Source: Thermoanaerobaculia bacterium
GTDB taxonomy: Bacteria; Acidobacteriota; Thermoanaerobaculia; Multivoradales; UBA5704
Direction: 5' to 3'
Length of the DNA stretch: 64,000 bases
Assembly: GCA_044226625.1 (NCBI GenBank)
Contig: JBGAGQ010000002.1
Location: 32,001-96,000, forward strand
Shown: positions 58,863 through 64,000 of the stretch, piece after piece
Numbering within the stretch: position 1 is the first letter of the stretch
Layout of the letters: each line of letters starts with the position of its first letter
Translations under genes and position numbers: made by a program
The notes under the pieces: model-generated
What the model saw: the letters and a program-made list of their open reading frames with translations, nothing else
Database searches by the model: none
What the model was told of the DNA's origin: nothing

Positions 58863-59921
58863 TTACGGGTTCAGCCACCGTGCCGCCGCGTCCGAGCCGA
58901 GGACCCGGCGCCCCTCCTGACAGCGCGGGTCCTGCCCGGTTCGTCGTGCCAGCGCTTCGAGGGCATAGTCGCGGAGGCGAACGTCCGGCACGGTCGTGGT
59001 CTTCGGCTGCAGGTAGGCCTTGAGCAGCGGCAGGTCGGCCTCCGTTCCGAGGGCACCGGCCATCAGGACCATTCGCTCGCGCACCCACCACCAGAATTCG
59101 TCGTCGAGGGGGAGGTTTGAAAAGAGGCGCGAGAACTCCTTGTGAAGCTCCACTGGCGGAGGTGAGGAAGGGGTGTTATCGGGCTGCTTGAAGGCGTCGT
59201 TTAGAAAACTGGCCGCCGCGCTGGAGCGGGCGAAACGGCCCGACCTACCGGGCGAGGCGTAGCCCGCCCAATGTTCCGAAACCCGAATCGGCGGGTCGCC
59301 CGCCTCCACGATGTCCGCCGAGACGACGAAGTCGACATCCGAGCCTCCGTCGACTCCGCCGATCCTTCCGAACACCATTCCGGAGTCGACGAGCTCCTCG
59401 TACGGGTCGTCGAGGTACTTCTTCTCGAACACGCGGACGAACAGCGCCGCGCGCGCGGCGAGCAGCGCTGCCCGGGCCGACTCCACGGGCACGCTCCAGG
59501 TCTTACAGTCGACGATCGAGACGCGAGAAGGTGGGCACACCCAGTTGCCGTCTTGGCCGAGCCGCAGTACGCATTCGGTCGTGGTAGCCCGGTCGCCTTC
59601 GATCTTCGCGTGCTGCAACCAAAGATGAGCTCCGGCCGGATTCCCGTTCGAATCGAAAGCCACCAGCGCGTGCCCGGAGCCGTTCACCCAGGTGGCCTCG
59701 ACCGGCTGGCCGCGCTTCGCGATCTCGTCGCGGGGCGGCTCGGCGTCCCAAGTCTTGCTCCCGGCGAACTGCTCGATGACCTGGCGGACCTTCTCGGTGG
59801 CTTGTGTGTAGAGCGGGTTTGGACCCGGCGCCGGGCCCTCGTCCGCCGCGGCCGACCCGGCGAACGTCGACAGCGCCGCGAGGAGGACGAAGCTCCCTCG
59901 ACAGCCTTTCGTGATGTCCAT
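58863..59921 (-). CDS. Secreted hypothetical protein with HEAT-like C-terminal helices
   Basis: 352 aa; signal peptide (…LLAALSTFAGSAAA|DE); C-terminal 'WVRERMVLMAGALG...LRDYALEALARRTG'. Confidence 0.65.
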   Translation of the reverse strand: MDITKGCRGSFVLLAALSTFAGSAAADEGPAPGPNPLYTQATEKVRQVIEQFAGSKTWDAEPPRDEIAKRGQPVEATWVNGSGHALVAFDSNGNPAGAHLWLQHAKIEGDRATTTECVLRLGQDGNWVCPPSRVSIVDCKTWSVPVESARAALLAARAALFVRVFEKKYLDDPYEELVDSGMVFGRIGGVDGGSDVDFVVSADIVEAGDPPIRVSEHWAGYASPGRSGRFARSSAAASFLNDAFKQPDNTPSSPPPVELHKEFSRLFSNLPLDDEFWWWVRERMVLMAGALGTEADLPLLKAYLQPKTTTVPDVRLRDYALEALARRTGQDPRCQEGRRVLGSDAAARWLNP

Positions 59922-60064
59922 GGGAAGGTGATTCTAGACCGCTTGACGATTCCCCGACTTCAGATTCTGTTTCCCTAGCGAAGGAGCGACTCTTCGACTC
60001 CGCGGGGGCATTCCAGGCGACCTGAAGCGCTGCGGTAACATGCGCCCGCTTTCTGAGACCGCTT

Positions 60065-61117
60065 ATGCCAACGCCTGCCGCTCGCTCCCTCCCTCCCGGC
60101 CAAACGGTCACCCAGAAGTTTCCGCTCGTGGGCGAGCAGGCGCCGTCCCAAGAGGCGCTCGATCTCGCGCGATGGGAGCTTGTGGTCGAGGGCCTCGTCG
60201 AGAGGCCGCTCCGTCTCTCGTACGCGGAGGTTCTCGCGCTGCCGCAGGACGAGATTGTGGCGGACATCCACTGCGTCACGAGTTGGAGCCACTTCGACAT
60301 GCGGCTGGGGGGCACCCGCCTCGCTGTCCTCCTCGAACGGACACGACCTAAGCCGGAGGCAGCGTTCATTCGGTTCGAGGCGTATTCGGTCCGCCGGCAC
60401 GACACGTCGCTACCGCTCGAGCTAGCGCTCGCGGACACCTGGCTGATCCACTCCCGGAACGGCGAGCCGCTCTCCACGGAGCATGGCTATCCGCTCCGCA
60501 CGGTGACACCGTCGCGCTACTTTTACAAGAGCCTCAAGTGGGTGCATCGGATCGAGCTCCTCGCCAAGGATCGCCTGGGGTACTGGGAGCGCGAGTCGAG
60601 CTACCACAACGAGGCCGACCCTTGGCCCGGCGACCAGCGGTTCGTGAGTGGATCGCTACCGCCGGAGAGGCTCGCGGCGCTTCGCGAAGCGGAGAGCTTC
60701 GTCCCGTACCGCGGGCCGAAGAAGGTCATCCTGAGCGCCGACCTCCGCGATTGGAGGCCGAGGACTCGCGATCTGGGAGACCTTCACCTCAAGAACTGCG
60801 ATCTCCGGGGCGCCCACCTCGACGGCGCGAACCTCGAGCGGGCGAACTTGAGCCTCTCGGATCTCCGCGGCGCGAGCCTCACCGGAGCGAACCTCCGCGG
60901 CGCCGACCTTGAAGGGGCGAACTTGGCCGGTGCCAACCTCACCGGAGCGGATCTCCGGGAGACGGCGCTCTCCGCGACGAAGTTCTTCGAAACCGGAGCG
61001 GACGGAGCGCGATCGGGAGCTAGAGTTGAAGGGATGCGCTGGGACGGGGCGCGCGAGATCCTGGAGGCGCAGGATGCCTATTTGAGGCAGGCGGCAAGCC
61101 GAGACGCCGCCTTCTGA
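60065..61117 (+). CDS. Sulfite-oxidase-family molybdopterin-dependent oxidoreductase (YuiH/MsrP-like) fused to pentapeptide repeats
   Basis: 'LPPGQ', 'DIHCVTSWS' (Mo-ligating Cys), 'EHGYPLR...YFYKSLKWV...GYWE'; A(N/D)LxG repeats at about 60790-60975. Confidence 0.88.
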   Translation: MPTPAARSLPPGQTVTQKFPLVGEQAPSQEALDLARWELVVEGLVERPLRLSYAEVLALPQDEIVADIHCVTSWSHFDMRLGGTRLAVLLERTRPKPEAAFIRFEAYSVRRHDTSLPLELALADTWLIHSRNGEPLSTEHGYPLRTVTPSRYFYKSLKWVHRIELLAKDRLGYWERESSYHNEADPWPGDQRFVSGSLPPERLAALREAESFVPYRGPKKVILSADLRDWRPRTRDLGDLHLKNCDLRGAHLDGANLERANLSLSDLRGASLTGANLRGADLEGANLAGANLTGADLRETALSATKFFETGADGARSGARVEGMRWDGAREILEAQDAYLRQAASRDAAF

Positions 61118-61141
61118 TCGCTCTCCCGCCGTGACGGCTCT

Positions 61142-61402
61142 TTAGATCTCGCTCGGCTTCGGCTTGCGGACGACTCTCAAAGACTCCCGATCGCAAGCGC
61201 CGAACGCTTGGAAATTCCGGCGCGCCTCCGTGAGGCTCAGGCTGCCGTTCGGCCCGCCGCGGACGAACTCGGCATCCGCGTCGTCCTGCCCGTCATCCTC
61301 CCAATTGCAGACGGGACAGATCTCGAAACCACCGCGATCGTCCAGCGTGCGAAAGCCGCAACAAGGGCAGGGGACGCGCTGCCGAGGCTCTGAGTCTTGC
61401 AT
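61142..61402 (-). CDS. CPCC-family cysteine-rich protein
   Basis: ATG 61402: MQDSEPRQRVPCPCCGFRTL...FEICPVCNWEDDGQ...GGPNGSLSLTEARRNF..FGAC. Confidence 0.85.
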   Translation of the reverse strand: MQDSEPRQRVPCPCCGFRTLDDRGGFEICPVCNWEDDGQDDADAEFVRGGPNGSLSLTEARRNFQAFGACDRESLRVVRKPKPSEI

Positions 61403-61430
61403 GGCTCTTTCCGAAAAAGCTCTACGTCCC

Positions 61431-62435
61431 TCAGTACTCCAACTTCCTTTTCGCCCCGACGATCGCCTCGTCGATCCTCTCGATCGAGAGATTCTCCGCT
61501 CCGCGTCCAGCCGGGTAGAACGGCCGCCCGTACATCGAAAACGTTTCCGTCCGCAGATGGGCGATCGTCTGGTGGCCGCGGCGGGTCGCTCGTTCGTGTC
61601 GAAGGGCGGAGATGTCGATCGGGGCGACGACGATCTTCTCACCCGGACCGGGGTCGGCTTGGGCGAGGAGGCGTCCTTCGAAATCGACCACCATGCTGCC
61701 GCCCGGCCAGGAGAACGGGGGATAGTGCGACAGGCTCGCCGCCTGGTTCGAGGCGACGACGTAGGCGACGTTCTCGATCGCACGGCAGCGGTTGACCACC
61801 GTCCACCAGTCCATCGGCGCGGTGGCGCCCCAAGGGTCCATGTAGGCGGAGACGCGGATCAGCACCTCCGCGCCGTTCGCCGTGAGCTGGCGGAGCGTCT
61901 CGGGGAACAGCCAGTCGTAGCAGATCGCGGCTCCGAGCTTCCCGATGGGTGTCTCCACCACCGGATAGATCTCCTCGGCATAGCCCGGCAGGTCGTGCGG
62001 GCTCGCGTGGACCTCCCATGGAATCCAGGGGTTCACCTTTCGATACTTGGCGAGGATGCCTCCTGGCCCGATCAAGCAGGTCGTGTTGAAAACCACGGGG
62101 CCGTAGGCGTCGTCTCGTTCGAGAAACGTCCCCGTCTGGATGTAGACATCGAGCTCCTTGGCTTTCTCGACGTAGCGCTCCGTGTGCTCGTTCGGAATCG
62201 GGATCGCGAGCTTGTCGAGCAGCTCTTGGGCTGTCGTATAGACCGGAGCCGCGTGGGCGAACTCCGGGAACGCGAGGAGCTTGACCGGCAGGAACGGCGC
62301 GTAGCCGCCGACCGCCTGATCGACCATCGTGAGCATCCGGTCGACGTGGCGCTTGATCCCGCGCCGGTCCGGCGGATTCGGAAAATCGACCTGGCAGGCG
62401 GCGGCGGCGTAGCGGAGGGGTTGGGGGTCGGTCAT
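61431..62435 (-). CDS. Nitrilase-related carbon-nitrogen hydrolase
   Basis: Glu-Lys-Cys triad motifs 'FPEF', 'YRKV', 'ICYD.LFPE'; 'RAIEN..YVV..N'. Confidence 0.9.
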   Translation of the reverse strand: MTDPQPLRYAAAACQVDFPNPPDRRGIKRHVDRMLTMVDQAVGGYAPFLPVKLLAFPEFAHAAPVYTTAQELLDKLAIPIPNEHTERYVEKAKELDVYIQTGTFLERDDAYGPVVFNTTCLIGPGGILAKYRKVNPWIPWEVHASPHDLPGYAEEIYPVVETPIGKLGAAICYDWLFPETLRQLTANGAEVLIRVSAYMDPWGATAPMDWWTVVNRCRAIENVAYVVASNQAASLSHYPPFSWPGGSMVVDFEGRLLAQADPGPGEKIVVAPIDISALRHERATRRGHQTIAHLRTETFSMYGRPFYPAGRGAENLSIERIDEAIVGAKRKLEY

Positions 62436-62744
62436 AGGTCGTCCGTGCCACGCCGGGAAGCGCGGGGCGGCGACACCCTGTGACAGCAGCGGGCGAGGAT
62501 CCGCTAGAGAGTTTACTCCAAAGGCGGAAAGCGTCCCAACGTTTTGAACCCGGCCCGGGGTCCTGAAAGGGGCTCATGCCGATCCTCGGCTTCTGAGCGC
62601 ACCCCCGGAGATCCGGACCGTCTCATCTCCGTACGACCTATCTCGGCACTTTATCGCGCGTGCAGGTCTTGCGTCCGTCAAATAGACTGCAGTGTAGTTC
62701 GAAGCCCATTCGCCAAGGCCGCGAGGGGAGGGTCCAACCTGAAT

Positions 62745-64000
62745 TTGGGTTCCGGAACCGTTCGTGGGATATGCCACGCAGGCTTGTGGCTCATGGTCGG
62801 AGCACGTCTATCTACCTGCGCACCGGCGAAAATCAGCGATCCCCTTCTGGAGGGCGCTGCCCTTTCCGTGCCCCGCCCGGTCGAAGGACGCCTTTCGTCG
62901 AACCCGCGCCACGCCCCCTGGCCGTCGCCCAAGCGCCCCGGAGTACCCCCACCGATACCGCCGGTTGAAACGAAGAATGGGAGGCCCGAAGACCTTCGCC
63001 GGACGGGGTTGCTCTATCTTCATAGAGGCCAGTTCTCGCTCGCGGTGCGTTCGTTGGAGCGGGCGGTGGAGGGGAGACCGAGCGCGAGAGATCTGAGTGA
63101 TCTTTCGGCGGCCTACCTGGCGCTTTCCGCGACCGATCCCTGGCTTTTGGTCGACGCGCTCGCGGCGGCGACCCAAGCTGCCGAGCTTGCGCCGCAAGAT
63201 CCTGCGGTCCGTTTCAATCAGGCTCTGGTGGAGGAGAAGCTTTCTCTCATCACGTCTGCCCGAAATCACTGGCGACTCGCGCTGATGCTCGAGGGGGACG
63301 CCCGGTGGCGGGACGAAGCGGGCGAGCGGCTTCGCTACCTCGAGCGCCCAACCACCGCGCGCCGTTGGGAGGTAGAGAAACCTCGGATCGTTGCCTCCGG
63401 ACCGTCGCTGGATGCGATCTCGGCGGATCGCACCGTTCGCGAGTTTCCCCGCGAGATCCGGCGGCTGCTCGAAACGCTCTGGCTGCCGAAAGCGGCAAAC
63501 TCGCCGGACGATCCTTCCGCGCGAACCTCCTTCGCTACCGTGAAGCTCTGGGCCGACGCGTTCGCGAGACGCGGCGAGCCACTCTTCACCGAAAGCGTCG
63601 CCACCATCGAAAAGCCGAAGGATGCGGACTCAGCGCGCAGACAGGACGAAGGTCTGGAGCTCTACGCCGAGGGGGTGAAGGTTCAATCCGATTGCTCGCT
63701 CGCCGAGCCAAAATTCGAGCGCGCCGAAGCGCTTCTCGCGAAGGTGGGGAATCCGATGCACAATGCGGCGCGGATCGAGCGTCTCGTCTGCGTCTACCGG
63801 CGTCGGCCCCAAGACGCGGAGCGGCCATTTCACGATCTCGTTCACCTTCCCTATCCGACGCTCGCTTCTAAGGCCGAAAGGATGGCTGGGCTCTGTGCGA
63901 TCTCGGACGGGCGAACCTCCGAGGCGATTGCACATTACCTCCGGGCGACGCATCTGCTGGCCGACAGCGGCGCGCCGGAGGTGCTCTATCTCGAAGGAAT
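62745..64000 (+). CDS. TPR-repeat protein (probable N-terminus of a CHAT-domain protein), 3'-truncated; absent from ORF track
   Basis: Hand translation is open to the window end: ...PRPVEGRLSS...GLLYLHRGQFSLAVRSLERA...DLSDLSAAYL...ALAAATQAAELAPQDPAVRFNQALVEEKL...ARNHW...WRDEAGERL. Start uncertain (TTG 62745 after GGGGAGGG, or ATG 62793). The CHAT domain itself is not visible in the window. Confidence 0.7.
   Translation, partial: MGSGTVRGICHAGLWLMVGARLSTCAPAKISDPLLEGAALSVPRPVEGRLSSNPRHAPWPSPKRPGVPPPIPPVETKNGRPEDLRRTGLLYLHRGQFSLAVRSLERAVEGRPSARDLSDLSAAYLALSATDPWLLVDALAAATQAAELAPQDPAVRFNQALVEEKLSLITSARNHWRLALMLEGDARWRDEAGERLRYLERPTTARRWEVEKPRIVASGPSLDAISADRTVREFPREIRRLLETLWLPKAANSPDDPSARTSFATVKLWADAFARRGEPLFTESVATIEKPKDADSARRQDEGLELYAEGVKVQSDCSLAEPKFERAEALLAKVGNPMHNAARIERLVCVYRRRPQDAERPFHDLVHLPYPTLASKAERMAGLCAISDGRTSEAIAHYLRATHLLADSGAPEVLYLEG

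Noticed and set aside
62480-62600. Possible riboswitch or REP element (gggtcct-gaaa-ggggctc hairpin; GGGACGC on the minus strand)
   Set aside because: Does not complete the c-di-GMP-I consensus, the stem relies on several G:U pairs and it is single-copy here; an Rfam/Infernal scan would be needed.

Overview
GC-rich bacterial window; gene content and style suggest Acidobacteriota/Thermoanaerobaculia (inference). Left flank (1-11 kb): partial HTH regulator, two GNAT acetyltransferases, urocanate hydratase hutU, a large membrane sensor kinase, a DUF2723-type membrane glycosyltransferase and a secreted Fes-like esterase. Centre (11-47 kb): a co-oriented ~36 kb island of giant Sec-exported proteins, comprising a cadherin-like repeat adhesin, two paralogous DNRLRE/Ig proteins and a ~5,160-aa Ca-binding repeat/vWA protein. 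The two paralogs share their body up to a 'GI(T/S)KTGWGGCPHPPAPPA' junction and then carry different enzymatic tips (transglutaminase/papain-like Cys-His-Asp versus peptidoglycan-binding + lytic transglycosylase), each followed by a tightly coupled small secreted gene. This layout fits a polymorphic toxin-immunity system of a family I do not recognise and is the top candidate. Right part: an M12 metallopeptidase, a coupled pair of giant uncharacterised genes, a 59-aa Cys/Ser/Thr-rich double-Gly RiPP-like precursor missing from the ORF track and lying next to a 2OG-Fe(II) dioxygenase, a molybdopterin oxidoreductase-pentapeptide fusion, CPCC and nitrilase genes, and a partial TPR (probably CHAT) gene. 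No rRNA, tRNA, CRISPR array or transposase/integrase was seen. All domain calls come from motif recognition by eye, not database searches.
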